Below are positions 23,030 through 35,305 of a DNA stretch of 64,000 nucleotides, piece by piece. Made by a program: the position numbers and the translations under genes. The DNA comes from Octopus sinensis (taxonomy: Eukaryota): assembly GCF_006345805.1 (NCBI RefSeq), contig NC_043001.1, positions 91,822,001 through 91,886,000 on the forward strand. Reading direction: 5' to 3'. The notes beneath the pieces are model-generated. The model was not told where the DNA came from and searched no databases. It saw only the letters and a program-made list of their open reading frames with translations. Every line of letters starts with the position of its first letter. Position 1 is the first letter of the stretch.

Positions 23030-23275
23030 TTTTCTACCTATTTGTTGGTGTCTCTCTGTCAGTGAAATCAAAAGATGGTTTGACATATATCAAAACTTTG
23101 GGCAAGCGATAACCGTCCATTGAAGACACACTCCTGTTCAGATCAGCTGCAATTTTAACAATATAGCCGTAATGTTGCAGACTTCAATGTGTCTGGGGAT
23201 TTCAGTGCCGATGACAAAGTCAGTTCGCTGAATTTTGAGAATAGTGCAGTGGCGGCACTAATCTACCTCCAGCGG
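23030..23275 (-). mobile_element. RTE/BovB-type LINE relic
   Basis: HCTILKIQRTDFVIGTEI...ITAILLKLQLI*TG(fs)MDGYRLPKVLIY matches CLR.IL.I.W.D.V.N.E...QLRWAGH..RM...RLPK..LY. Confidence 0.7.
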
Positions 23276-23585
23276 CACTTTTATAGGAGAGGCTCATTTG
23301 GGTCTGTTGTAAACATATGTATAGAGGGAGGAGGGCGAGAGGCATAGAAATTAACGTTTGCAACCGACGGCATACACTCTAGCTACGCCACTGCGAAAGG
23401 GGCCTGGGACATGCTGTTTGAAATGCTATAGTGCGACTCACGACACAGGGTCGTACATGAGTATGGCCAGGACAACGGCCCTTATCATCGTAAAATTGTG
23501 ATCCGCCTGCTCTAACACACACAAAAAATGTTTTCTACTGAGGTACAAGGTCTCAGATTTAGGCAAGAGGTATAATCGATTATGT

Positions 23586-23795
23586 GGAGGCTCGTGGCTT
23601 AGTGGCTAGGGTGTCAGCATCATGATCGTAAGATTGTGGTTTCGATTCCTGGACCAAGCGACGCGTTGTGTTCTTGAGTAAAACACTTCATTCCACGTTG
23701 CTCTAGTCCACTCAGCTTGTAACAATGAGTAAACCTGCGATGGGCCAATGTGCCGTCCAGATGGGGAATATATACGCCACAGAAACCGTCCCAAT
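23586..23795 (+). mobile_element. Family-F SINE (tRNA head, CORE-like body, V-like tail)
   Basis: TGGCTTAGTGG, GTTTCGATTCC, TTGTGTTCTTGAGTAAAACACTTCA, CTGCGATGGGC..CGTCCAG. Confidence 0.8.
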
Positions 23796-24156
23796 GGATC
23801 GATGTGACTCGGGAAGGATTCTTATCCGTCTTGGCCTAGGTATGGGCAAACTTTTTTTCCAGAAGCGGACCGCAGGTGAGATAGCTCATCATCAGGCAGA
23901 CTGCACTACTAAAGAACAATTCAATGTAAATTTTCGTTGGCATGTCATTCACAGAGACTCACAGGCCGTAGTTTGCCCATGACTGTTTTAAGTATTTTTA
24001 AGAAAGATTGATATTGTGCTAAACCGAGATTGTAAAAAGTAGAATTGGTTTCGTAAAAGTGAAATATTGCAAAAATGTGTCAGATCAGGTGTGAATCTGC
24101 ACTATCGTAATAAAAACGAATTTTTTTATCTTTAAATCTAGACTTCACTATCGAAG

Positions 24157-24159
<3 letters not shown>

Positions 24160-24188
<29 letters not shown>

Positions 24189-24303
24189 GTTTAACGTCCG
24201 CTTTCCATGCTAGCATGGGTTGGGCAATTTGACTGAGGACTGGCGAACCAGATGGCTACACTAGGCTCCAATCTTGATCTGGCAGAGTTTCTACAGCTGG
24301 ATG
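24160..24303 (-). mobile_element. 3' fragment of a further retroelement with (GAT)n tail
   Basis: Minus strand CATCCAGCTGTAGAAAC...AACCCATGCTAGCATGGAAAGCGGACGTTAAACGATGATGATG. Confidence 0.75.
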
Positions 24304-24725
24304 TGGTAAGTAGCTTGCTTACCAACCACATGGTTCCAGATTCAGTCCCACTGCGTGGCACCTTGGGCAAGTATCTTCTACTAAGGCCTCGGGCCAACCA
24401 AAGCCTTGTGAGCGGATTTGGTAGACGGAAACTGAAAGAAGCCCGTCGTATATATATGTGTGTGTGTGTGTGTGTGTATGTGTGTGTGGTGTGTGTGTGT
24501 GTGTGTGTGTGTGTTTATGTCTGTGCTTGTCCCCCAACATCGCTTGACAACCGATGCTAGTTTGTTTACGTCCCTGTAACTTAGCGGTTCGGAAAAGTGA
24601 TCGATAGAATAAGTACTAGGCTTACAAATAATAAGTCCTGGGGTCGATTTGGTCGACTAAAGGCGGTGCTTCAGCATGGCCGCATGCAAATGACTGTGAC
24701 AAATAAAAATAAAAGAAAAATAAAA
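24304..24725 (+). mobile_element. Near full-length family-A SINE
   Basis: Consensus match. Confidence 0.92.
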
Positions 24726-24769
24726 GAAATAGCAAAAAGGTCTGAAAGTTTTTCGTAGAGGGCTAGTCT

Positions 24770-25607
24770 ATTACATCAATCTCATTACACAACTGGTACT
24801 TATTTTACCGATCCCGAAAGCAAGTCGAAGTCAAACCCGATGGAATTTGAACTCAGAATTCAGAAAAAAATATCCTAAGCCTTTTTGCGGTGCGGTAGCG
24901 ATGCTGGCAGCTCGCCACCTTAATACTATTTGTGAATTGATTTCGAATTTTGGCACAAGGCCAGCAGTTTAGGGGGAGAAGTAAGTCGCTTACATCGACC
25001 TCAGCACTCAACGGGTACTTAATTTATCGACCCCGAAAGGATAGAGGTGAAGTAGACCTTGGCAAAAGTTCAAGTCAGAACACAAAACCGGACGAAATTC
25101 TGCTACACGTTTTGTCCGGCGCGCTAACGATTCCGCCAGCTCGCTACCTTTGAATACTATTTGTAAATTGGTTTCAAATTTGGGGACATGTCCAGTAATT
25201 TCGGGGTAGGGGCTAAGTCAATTAATTCGATCCCAGTGTTCAAATGCTATTTATTTTATCGACTCTGAAAGGATGACAGGCATAACTGACCGCAGCGGAA
25301 TTTGAACTCAGAACGTAAGGACGAACGAAATGCCGCTAGCCAGTTCGCCCAGTGCGCTAACGATTCTTATTTCTTTATTGCCCACAAGGGTCCAAACACA
25401 GAGGGGATAAAGAAGGACAGACAAAGGGATTAAGTCCATTACATCGACCCCAGTGCGTAACTGGTACTTAATTTATCGACCCCGAAAGGATAAAGGCAAA
25501 GTCGACCTCGGCGGAATTTGAACGGCAGTCGAAATAGCGCTAAGCATTTCGCCCGGTGTGCTAACGATTCTGCCAGCACACCGCCTTTGAATGCTATTTG
25601 TAAATTG
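24770..25607 (-). mobile_element. Tandem array of family-B SINE units separated by a repeated 18-mer
   Basis: AAT(A/G)CTATTTGT(G/A)AATTG at 24922, 25153 and 25590, each abutting a SINE head. Confidence 0.8.
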
Positions 25608-25714
25608 ATAACAATTCAGCACACCCACACAAAAGTACTATCTTTCTCTCTCTCTTGCACACACACGCGCGCGCGCGCACTCACACATACATATTTACGC
25701 ACATACATCTGCGA

Positions 25715-26050
25715 ACTTAAGGCTAGTTAAAAAATGTGTCTGACACATGTCAATTTCTAAAGGCATATTTACTGCATTTACCGTGCTGAAAAAATTATCT
25801 TTTATGGTAAAATGTGTTAAAAGAAAAAAAAAAGGTGGGGTGGGGAACGGAAAAAAGAAAACATCATACCTGCTTTTGCTACCCCTTGTCGGATTTTCAG
25901 ATGCAACGTTTCTTGCCCTTTAGGCGTTATCAATGGAAAATACCGAAGCGAGCTAACTCTGAGTAGATACAAAGCCGTAACTTTAACTAAAACAGTCAAC
26001 AACATTGACCGAGTTGCGCTATTGGTCTTCCCAACCGGAAAAAAATTAGG
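25715..26050. repeat. Unclassified repeat family, also at 29955-30360 (possible DNA transposon)
   Basis: Shared ATCAATGG.AAATACC.AAG...AAAGCCGTAACTTTAACTAAAA and AGG..AGTTAAAA.ATG...CTAAAGGCA.ATT.ACTGCA blocks. Confidence 0.7.
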
Positions 26051-26395
26051 AGCATCAGTGGCTTTCTGCATGAAATATATTACTTATTTTATTTCCCATC
26101 ATTCTTTAGAATGGATGTAACTGTCCCCCACTACTTTCAATTAAAATAGAAATTGTGGCTTGCGTCAATGCAAAAAAACCAAAGACATCAGTATTTAGCG
26201 ATATTATATATTGATATAACTAAGCCTTTAACATTTGATATTGTTGAGCAATGACAACATCAAAAGGCTGGGGATTAAAACCTTACGTGCTATTTAGTTA
26301 CGTCCCTTTAGGGTCGATTTTACCTTTCATTATTCCGTTGCTGAAAGCTACGAGGTAGGGATGAGAATTCAGGTTACGAAAACTGAGACACTGGC

Positions 26396-26454
<59 letters not shown>

Positions 26455-26530
26455 CTATCTATCTATCTCTCTATCTATCTATTTACTATCTATTATCTAT
26501 AGATATATATATATATTATATATATATCTG

Positions 26531-26563
<33 letters not shown>

Positions 26564-26723
26564 ATATCTATCTATCTATCTATCATCTCTCTCTCTCTCT
26601 CTCTCTCTAATATATATATATATATTATATATAAATACATAGGTCTATCTCATCTATTATCTACACTGCATATACGTATATATGAATATGTCATATATAA
26701 CACACATATATAAATGCGTGTGT

Positions 26724-26769
<46 letters not shown>

Positions 26770-26839
26770 TGTGTGTGTGTGTGTGTTTATGCGTGGTGTA
26801 TATGTGTGTGCATTCATATATGTATGACAGTGTAGTATA

Positions 26840-27283
26840 TTTCTTTCCAACAAATGCAACTTGCTGGCATAATTGTTTTTCTGAAAAATTTGAGAATATT
26901 GGGCAGTTCTTATCCAAAATTCTATAAGTCTCTTCATGTACCTATCGAGGAATTTTCCATAGCCTCTCTGTAGAACTGGTATAAGTCTTGGTTCAGTTCG
27001 AAAATTCACTGGAATTTTTCTCCATAGTTCCACCATCTGCGATGACCAAATCAAGTTCTTTCATCGCCATGATGTATGTATAGTAATTTTCCACGTGGTC
27101 TGTATTCTGCATTTGACAACTGCTACGATTTTTTCAATACCGCTTGTTTCTTTGGATTTATTCAGAGAAGATAACCATTTCTTATACCGGGCTTGCATTA
27201 AAGGCAAAAATTATAGAGGATTGTATTCATTATCCGGGAGAATAAATAGTCCTCTATGCCAACGCGTCTGGATTCAACGCCAT
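26840..27283 (-). mobile_element. Probable hAT (Charlie/GTF2IRD2-like) transposase relic, truncated by the gap
   Basis: AEY...LLYIH...RWWNYGEKFQ*IFELNQDLYQF resembles EYGDLLYHTEVRWLSRGKVL.RFFEL..EI..F. Multiple stops. Confidence 0.5.
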
Positions 27284-27383
27284 NNNNNNNNNNNNNNNNN
27301 NNNNNNNNNNNNNNNNNNNNNNNNNNNNNNNNNNNNNNNNNNNNNNNNNNNNNNNNNNNNNNNNNNNNNNNNNNNNNNNNNNN
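27284..27383. other. Assembly gap (100 N)
   Basis: Run of N. Confidence 1.
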
Positions 27384-27726
27384 CTGTAGAGATACACTAG
27401 CCCACACACACCACACACACACACTTATATATACACACATATATATATCCACTCACACACACACACACAACACATATATATATCCACATATATATATATA
27501 TCCACACACACACACACACATATAATATATGCATATTTACATACAAATATACATGCATGCACACACGCACGTACAAGCACACACGCACGTACAAGCACAC
27601 ATACACAGATACACACACTCGCTTCAAGGAGGAATTATTTCAGAACATTCAATGCGAAAGGTTATGTTTCTGTGCTTTTACTCTGCATTATGTACGTTTG
27701 TAGTGTGTGCGTGTGTGCGCGCGCGC

Positions 27727-27814
<88 letters not shown>

Positions 27815-28883
27815 ATGAGTCTGCCTGCTCTGTCTGTCTAGTATGCTTGCAGTATTAGATTTTTTTTACGAAAGAGTCGCACGCAATCTCAGAAGATTAC
27901 AGCCAGCCATAAATACACGTAAATAAGCAAATAAAATAAATAGACAAGGCAGAGAAATATAAAGACAAATAAACAAATGAATAAAGAATCGTACGAAAGG
28001 GTTTATAAGTACAAGCTTCCTGCTCCCTCCCCCGCAAAAGTAACTACACTGTACGGTTATTCAATTACGTGTTCGTTCATTCATAAACTTCGGCAATATT
28101 TCTGTGTCTACAGAGAAGCAATGTGTGTAGTAACCCTGCTGTTTCCTTAAAACTCTCCTCTTCCCACTACCACTTCCTTCCACCTGCTGTAGTAAAAGCT
28201 ACACAAGCAATTATAAGAGAACCATTGTCTGACATACACCCACGACAAACATGGCGTACACGATGGCATCAATGTATCATGTTTGTTTGTTTGTGTGTGT
28301 ATGTGTGCGCGTGTTAGTGTTTGTGTGTGTGGTTGCGTGTTTGCGTGTGTGCGTTTGTGAATCTGTGTGTGTTGTATGTGTTTGTATTTGTGTTTGCGCA
28401 TCAGTGAATGTGTGTGTGTATGTGTGTGTGTGCGTGTTAGTGAATGTGTGTGTTTGTGCATGTGAGCATTTGTGAATGTGTATGTGTTGTATGTGTGTGT
28501 GCGTCTTAGTGAATGTGTGTGTTTGTGCATGTGAGCATTTGTGAATGTGTGTGTGAATGTGTGTTGTATGTATTTGTATTAATGTGTTTGTGCATCAGTG
28601 AATGTGTCTCTGTATCTTTTATCATCGTTTATCTTTTACTTATTTCAATCACTGAAATGCGGCCAAGCTAGAGCAACGCCTCGACGGTTTTAGTCGAACA
28701 AATCGATTTGAGTGCTTTGGTACTCCTTCCTTTGTTAATCTCTTTCGCTAAGTTACGGAAACGTAATCAAGCCAGCACGGTTGTCAAATGGTGGGGCGAC
28801 AAACACACACACATACACACACAACGAATACCGGCTAACAGAGTATTTAGATGTGGACGGTTTTCCTGAAAAGAGACCTTTCA

Positions 28884-29085
28884 TCAGTGTTACACTATCG
28901 ACCAGGCCACAGGATGTTATACGCCGCTGGTCACAATTTTGTTTTGACTGCACCATTCCTTTCCATCTTAACCCAAATTGCTTCACCAAATCGTCGTCCA
29001 TTCGTCGTGGAGGCCTTCCAAGTGGCCTTCTCCGATCTCTTGGGTAACACTCGGCAACTGCACGGGTCCACCTGTTGTCTGAGAC
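28884..29085 (-). mobile_element. RTE-clade LINE 3' end
   Basis: DNRWTRAVAECYPRDRRRPLGRPPRRMDDDL, ending ATTGTGACCAGCGGCGTATAACATCCTGTGGCCTGGTCGATAG. Confidence 0.85.
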
Positions 29086-29335
29086 TTGTTTTCTATGTAC
29101 AGTCGCAGTTATGAAAGAGTGTGCATGGAGAACTAGAATGCAAGGTTTGACGTCAGGGACCTTCATCTCCGGCTCTGGAATGCTATATTACTTCAGGCAC
29201 CACCTGAAAAGCAAGATAAGGCTGGACAGAAGGCACCTGTCGAAAAGAGCATATGAGGAAAGATGGAAGGATGTAGTAAGGAAGTTGGGAGTGAATGTCC
29301 CTACTTAACTCATCCAGGGTAAAAAGAAAAGGTGT
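29080..29335 (+). mobile_element. Probable Tx1/L1-clade LINE 3' end
   Basis: FLCTVAVMKECAWRTRMQGL...LYYFRHHLKSKIRLDRRHLS...ERW*, resembling the K..IW..R...L..E...F..RW C-terminal pattern of L1/Tx1 ORF2 (from memory). Confidence 0.55.
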
Positions 29336-29571
29336 AGCCGTTGGAAGTTAAAAAAAAAGCTGGAACTTAAAGTAATATCAAAATTTTTTTTTAAATATTA
29401 TGTCATTTTAATATATTTTTATAAAAAAAACTCGCTAAATAACCCTTTTAAATGTTTGTAGTGTCCTGTGTTGTCCCTTCTATGTTCGATTGTATAATCG
29501 TAATAAAGAGAATTGTATATATATATATATGCATACATACATACATATATATATATGCATACATACATACA

Positions 29572-29604
<33 letters not shown>

Positions 29605-30477
29605 GCATACATGTGTGTATCTGTTAGTTTTCATAAGTATGCATGTAATTTTGTGTGCATGTATGCATCTAAATATATGTACGTATGCTTGTGGATGTAC
29701 CTCTCTTTGTCTATATATGTATATGCATGGAGTATGAACGAATGAATCGTTGTATGTGTATTCGTGTGTATGTGCGTGTTACACGCATACATGCCTATAC
29801 ATACATTAATGTCTCTTGTTAGAAGTGCTAACAATACTTTCCACTTACATTGTATTTCAGTGAATATGTAGCAGTGTTTCTCTGGAAGTTGTTATTGGTT
29901 TTTTTCTCGATCTGTATTTCTGATTACACAAAACTAAAACCAAAACAGAATGAAAGAACGAACCCCAGGTTAGTTAAAATATGTTTGCTACATATTTCAA
30001 CTTCTAAAAGCAAATTTATTGCAGTTATTGTGGAGAAAAAAAATACTCTCTTTATATCTGCTCAGTACATCTCTTATGGGATTCCCAGGCGTTTCTAGCC
30101 TTTTAGCCTTCATCAATGGGAAATACCAAAGAGGAGTAACTCTGGACAGATTTAAAGCCGTAACTTTAACTAAAAAAAGAGTCAGCAACAGTAACTGAGT
30201 CGCGCTCTGAGACCGCCCAGCCGGTATATAAGCAGCATTATCAGCACCAAGCTGTTTAAGAGTAAACGGATTTTAGGTGAGTTAAAATATGTTGGTAATA
30301 TTTTTCAACTTCTAAAGGCAAATTCACTGCAGTTACCATAGAGAAAAAAATTCTCGCTTATTGTAAAAGATGTAGAGACACTTCATCATTTAGTTACAGA
30401 GACACTCCATTGTTTAATTAAATCTGGGTATTTAAAACTAAAAATAAAAATGTCAACATTTTATACATTATACATTA

Positions 30478-30878
30478 TAGGCGTAGGAGTGGCTGTGTGG
30501 TATGTAGCTTGCTTACCAGCCACATGGTTCCGGGTTCAGTCCCACTGCGTGGTACCTTGGGCAAATGTCTTCTACTATAGTCTCGAGCCGACCAAAGCCT
30601 TGTCAGTGGATTTGGTAGACGGAAACTGAAAGAAGCCCGTCGCATATATGTATGTGTGTATATGTTTGTGTGTCTGTGTTTGTCCCCCGCAACATCGCTT
30701 GACAACCAATGCTGGTGTGTTTACGTCCCCGTAACTTAGCGGTTCGGCAAAAGAGATCGATAGAATAAGTACTAGGCTTACAAAGAATAAGTCTTGAGGT
30801 CGATTTGCTCAACTATAAGGCGGTGCTCCAGCATGGTCACAGTCAAATGGCTGAAACAAGTAAAAGACTAAAAAGAGA
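30478..30878 (+). mobile_element. Full-length family-A SINE
   Basis: Consensus match from AGGCGTAGGAGTGGC to TAAAAGA. Confidence 0.95.
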
Positions 30879-31944
30879 GTATTGAAAGTCAGCAAACGCT
30901 ATTCCCCAAAATGTCCGACACTCAATTACCACCCAGAAGGAATAGCTACTCACCAATACTAAAAACTTACTAGTACTTTAAAACTCACACACAAAACTTC
31001 ATTGAAGCATTAAACCTGAAAGCTTTAAAGAATATATTCCAATCAAAGCTGCAGCTTCAAGATGATTTTATTCTATCATTTTCAAGCGTTCTATAGAATT
31101 TTAAATTAGTTTTTAAACCTTTACACAAATCACATATTTCGTATGAATCGGTTCACATTTAAACCATACGAAACATCGCCATTTTCTATTCTCATATGCA
31201 TATATGTACACATACATACATACATACATACATACATACATACATACATACATACAGATGTACGTACATATATTTATACATGTGCGTACGTATTTGTGTG
31301 TATATGTATGTATATTCATTATTATTTTTGCATATGTATTTCCACAGCCTTATCAATGTTATTTGTATTATCGCTACAGTCACCATTATCAAAATAGTGT
31401 CCGGAACTCCGGAATCCAGGGGAGCATTAACACTGGCGATGTTCAATGCTACACATACACACACACACACATATAGAGAGACAGAGAGGTGTATATATAC
31501 ATAGGCAAATGCACACATATATAAATATTGTGTGTGTGTGTGTGTGTGTGTGTTCGCTATATGGTGATTTCAAACTATTTTAAATTAACTTAATCAAAAA
31601 CATTCATGTTGTCCCAATCGTTTCTGCCAGTAAGTCTGTACATAGATGTTAGTAAGGTAATTGATATATGTATGTCAAGCTATGTAAGAGTGTATTTGAA
31701 CCCCTCCAGTTGACATCTATTAGATTATTTCACCACCGTGAGCACATGTGGATGTTTAAACATCGTGCTTAAGGAATTTTAAAAACTAAACCATGTAATT
31801 TGTAACATACAAGATATACGCTTCTTTATGTCTTTTCCTTTACTTTCGTTTGTGTCCGTTCACATACACCTATTTATGTATGTACATATCTATGTATGTG
31901 TAGGAATATGTGTGTGCTTCTCTGTGTATGCGTGCATATATATA

Positions 31945-32105
31945 TATAAGAGTGGCTGTGTGGTAAATGGGGTGTTTACCAACCACGTGGTTCCGGGTTC
32001 AGTCCCACTGCATGGCACCTTGGGCAAGTGTCTTATGCTATAGCCTCGGGCCGACTAAAGCCTTGTGAGTGGATTTGGTGGACGAAAACTGAAAGAAGCC
32101 CGTCA
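31945..32105 (+). mobile_element. Family-A SINE 5' half
   Basis: GAGTGGCTGTGTGG...GAAAGAAGCCCGTC. Confidence 0.85.
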
Positions 32106-32199
32106 ACTCTCTCCAGCGCCGCCGCGAGCGGTACATCATTTGAACGATGTAGAGGATGTACCGCCAGCATTGCCAAAACGACCTGAACATTAGTTCAAA

Positions 32200-32323
32200 T
32201 TATATATGTAGCTCAAATTTACTGAGACGAAAAGACGAAGACAGGTGGAGAAACAAACAGGTTTATAAGTGTAACGCTCGGGAAGAATGGAAAAAACTCT
32301 TTGACGTTTCGAGACCTTACTCT

Positions 32324-32324
<1 letters not shown>
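32200..32324 (-). mobile_element. Short element with truncated hammerhead (same family as 34815-34990)
   Basis: Minus strand GAGA-GTAAGG-TCTC-GAAAC-GTC-AAAGA; the 5' core is replaced by (TA)n. Confidence 0.6.
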
Positions 32325-32375
<51 letters not shown>

Positions 32376-32802
32376 ATTATATATATATAATTATATATAC
32401 AAACACAGCTTCAATGGATCACAAGCTGATAAAGACTGTAAATAATACTACGTAAACATTGTGTTAATGACTCCTTTTATTCAGAAAAGTTCGGATGCTG
32501 TCTGTGGGACTTAAACCCACGCCTCCTGTAAATATGACAGGCGTTCTACAATTGAACCAATGCAATCCTCTGAATTTCTCTGTCCATTTGTAGAAACTTT
32601 ACTCTTACCAATAAGAATTGCGTGCTGTTGGCTTTATCTGTCAGTCTGTCTGTCTGTACCTATCTATCTATTTATCAATCAATCATGAACTAGAAACATC
32701 TTAAGAAGATACGAAAGTGCGATATTTTCACTAATTTCAACGTCATGATTAGCGAAACGTGAAAGCGGTCGACTATCGTAATATTCTATCCTTTATAATA
32801 TA

Positions 32803-33140
32803 CTAGCACTATGACCCGGCGTTGCCGGCTCATAGTGCTAGTGCATGCATATACAGCTGCGTGCGTGCGCACATACACGCGAGTACTGTCCAAATCTCCG
32901 ACCAATCACATACAGCTAGCTGGCATTCAATTGGCGTATCAAGTTTCGGGCATTTTGATTGGGTTCTGGATAGAAAATTCACAAAAAAGTCACTTCTATT
33001 GATTTTTTAATGGCTTTGCGAGGTGACTGGGCGGTTTTGAATGACCATAGAAAGTGCGAGCCCTCTAACTAAAAAATTGTGGATTTGTATAAAGGACACA
33101 CACAGACAGACAGACATTTTGCCGTTTATATATAGAGAGA
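32803..33140 (-). mobile_element. Non-autonomous Helitron
   Basis: A|TCTCTCTATATATAAACGGCA 5' end; 3' CCGGCAACGCCGG hairpin and CTAG|T. Confidence 0.85.
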
Positions 33141-33513
33141 TTAAAAATATATAAATTGCGTGCATTTTCCTTCTTTTATTATATATTTTTTCACTATAAA
33201 TATATATGTCTATATGTGTATATATGTATCTCAAGGTGTCGACTAGACTGTTGCTGTTCACAATAGGCTTCGCATCGTTTTCGCCTTCGAATGATGACAC
33301 CCCACTGGCTTGGTGAGCAGGCAAACATTGGTCCTGATCGGAAGGTTATTCTGTCGCAGGGTTATCCATTTACAGCTGAGTAAACTGGATCTATGTGAAT
33401 TGAAGTGCTTTGCTCAAGAACCCAACTCGCCGACCGGTCTGGGAATCGAACCCACGAATGCAACACCCTAAACACAATGCTACGTGCTTTCACGTATACA
33501 CACGCTTAGGCAT

Positions 33514-33553
<40 letters not shown>

Positions 33554-33896
33554 ACGTACGTGAGGTGTGTGTTGTGTGTGTTTGTGTGTGTATGTGTGTG
33601 TGTATTATACTTGTGTATGTGTATACGTATGTGCGTATATAAGTTTATAACTTTCTCGTACAGAAACTAACATAATTGAGACCTACAGATATATGCACTG
33701 TTGTGTGTAGGCGCGCATGCATGAACGTATATACGTTTTAGGGTAGATGAAAATTTGGTACTTATTTAAAATATTTCGGTTTAACCATATGAATGTAAAA
33801 GGCAAGTTCTCGAAAGGAATATGCATGTATGATGTAAGAAGGTGTATATGTGCGTGCATTTTCTCTCTGTGTATGTGTGTATGTGTGTGCCAGTGT

Positions 33897-33972
<76 letters not shown>

Positions 33973-33974
33973 GT

Positions 33975-34545
33975 GTACGTGTAATGTTGAAGATACTTCC
34001 ACAGCAGTTACGAATGGGGAACAAGATACCTTGGTAGACATAGAACAAGATACCGTTGTTGCAATCACTGATGAGTAACAAGAAGTAGCAGAAGCAGTCA
34101 CTAATAAGCAACAACGCCAATATATTGTTAAAGATGAAGACTTGTGAAGCGGGCTTATTTATATGAAGTCGAGTCTTTACTTGATGAAGAAACCAAATAT
34201 CTTCCCCAAGCGATGTACAGCGTTTCCACCAAACCGTCTCTAGGAAAAGTAAAGAAAAAAACTTGTTCAAGATGGAGAAGAAATTTTAACAGCCACAACA
34301 GCGAGAATTAGGATGGTAGCAGCACTTCATACCCAAGAGAAAATGAAGCTAACGAAGTCTACTCGTGCTACTGCAAAGAAGACATTATTTACGAAGACAA
34401 CACAGAACCAAAGAGAAACCAATAGCACCTAACTGCAGTTCTTCCAGCGAAACTAACGCCGAAATGGAGAAAACGAAAGATGACCCACTAACTCTAAAGA
34501 AGAACCAGAACTCAAAATATTATTGAAGATAGTTTAGCCACCATC
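33975..34545 (+). pseudogene. Decayed acidic/low-complexity coding-like segment of unknown origin
   Basis: NVEDTSTAVTNGEQDTLVDIEQDTVVAITDE*QEVAEAVT... purine-rich with codon-like periodicity and several stops. Confidence 0.3.
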
Positions 34546-34554
34546 ATTGGCTTG

Positions 34555-34772
34555 TAGACGCAGGCGTAACTGTGTGGTAAGTAGCTTGCTTGGCAGCCAC
34601 ATGGTCCCGGGTCCGGCCCCACTGTGTCTTCTACTATAGCTGCAGGCCGACTAAAGCATTGTGAGTGAATTTGGTAGAGACTGAAAACCCATCATATATA
34701 CATATGTATATACATATAAGTAAATTATATTTACCTATTTTTCTCCTGAGTGTGGTACTTCGAGTATATATA

Positions 34773-34814
<42 letters not shown>

Positions 34815-35033
34815 CGGGAAGTTTATGAAAATAAACAAAAGGCGAAGGCAGGTGGAATACAAACAAACAATTGTATTAGTATTGTGCTCAGGAGTATAAA
34901 TGAAACAAGTCTATTACGTTTCGAGCCTACGCTCTTCAACAGAAAGATACACAGAAAAGAAACACGGAGAGAAACAAGGAGAGAAAAAAAATGCGTGCAG
35001 AAGCTAGCGAATCAACATGGCGATATATATATA

Positions 35034-35080
<47 letters not shown>

Positions 35081-35305
35081 CACTTATATGTATATGATGG
35101 CTATGTTTGTGTGTCTGTGCTTGTCCTCTCACCGTCGCTTGACAACTAATGTTGGTGGGTTTACGTCCCCGTAACTTAGTGGTCCGACAAAAAAAGACCG
35201 ATAGAATAAGTACTAGGCTTACAAAGAATAAGTACTGGGGTCGATTTGTTCGACTAAACGCGCTACTCCACCATGGCCGCAGTCAAATAACTAAAACAAA
35301 AGAAT
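34555..35305 (+). mobile_element. Family-A SINE with hammerhead element inserted in its microsatellite
   Basis: Head 34555-34700 and tail 35090-35305 are separated by TA tracts and the element at about 34815-34990. Confidence 0.8.
34910..34947 (-). ncRNA. Minimal hammerhead-like motif with CUGUUGA core
   Basis: Minus strand TCTTT-CTGTTGA-A-GAGC-GTAG-GCTC-GAAAC-GTA-ATAGA. Confidence 0.65.

Noticed and set aside
23249-23393. Small MITE with CAGTGGCG termini
   Set aside because: No TSD, and the left motif falls within the RTE relic reading frame.
33683-34270. Longest ORF in the track (195 aa, minus strand)
   Set aside because: Runs through a (CA)n tract and is the antisense of the decayed purine-rich segment; not protein-like.
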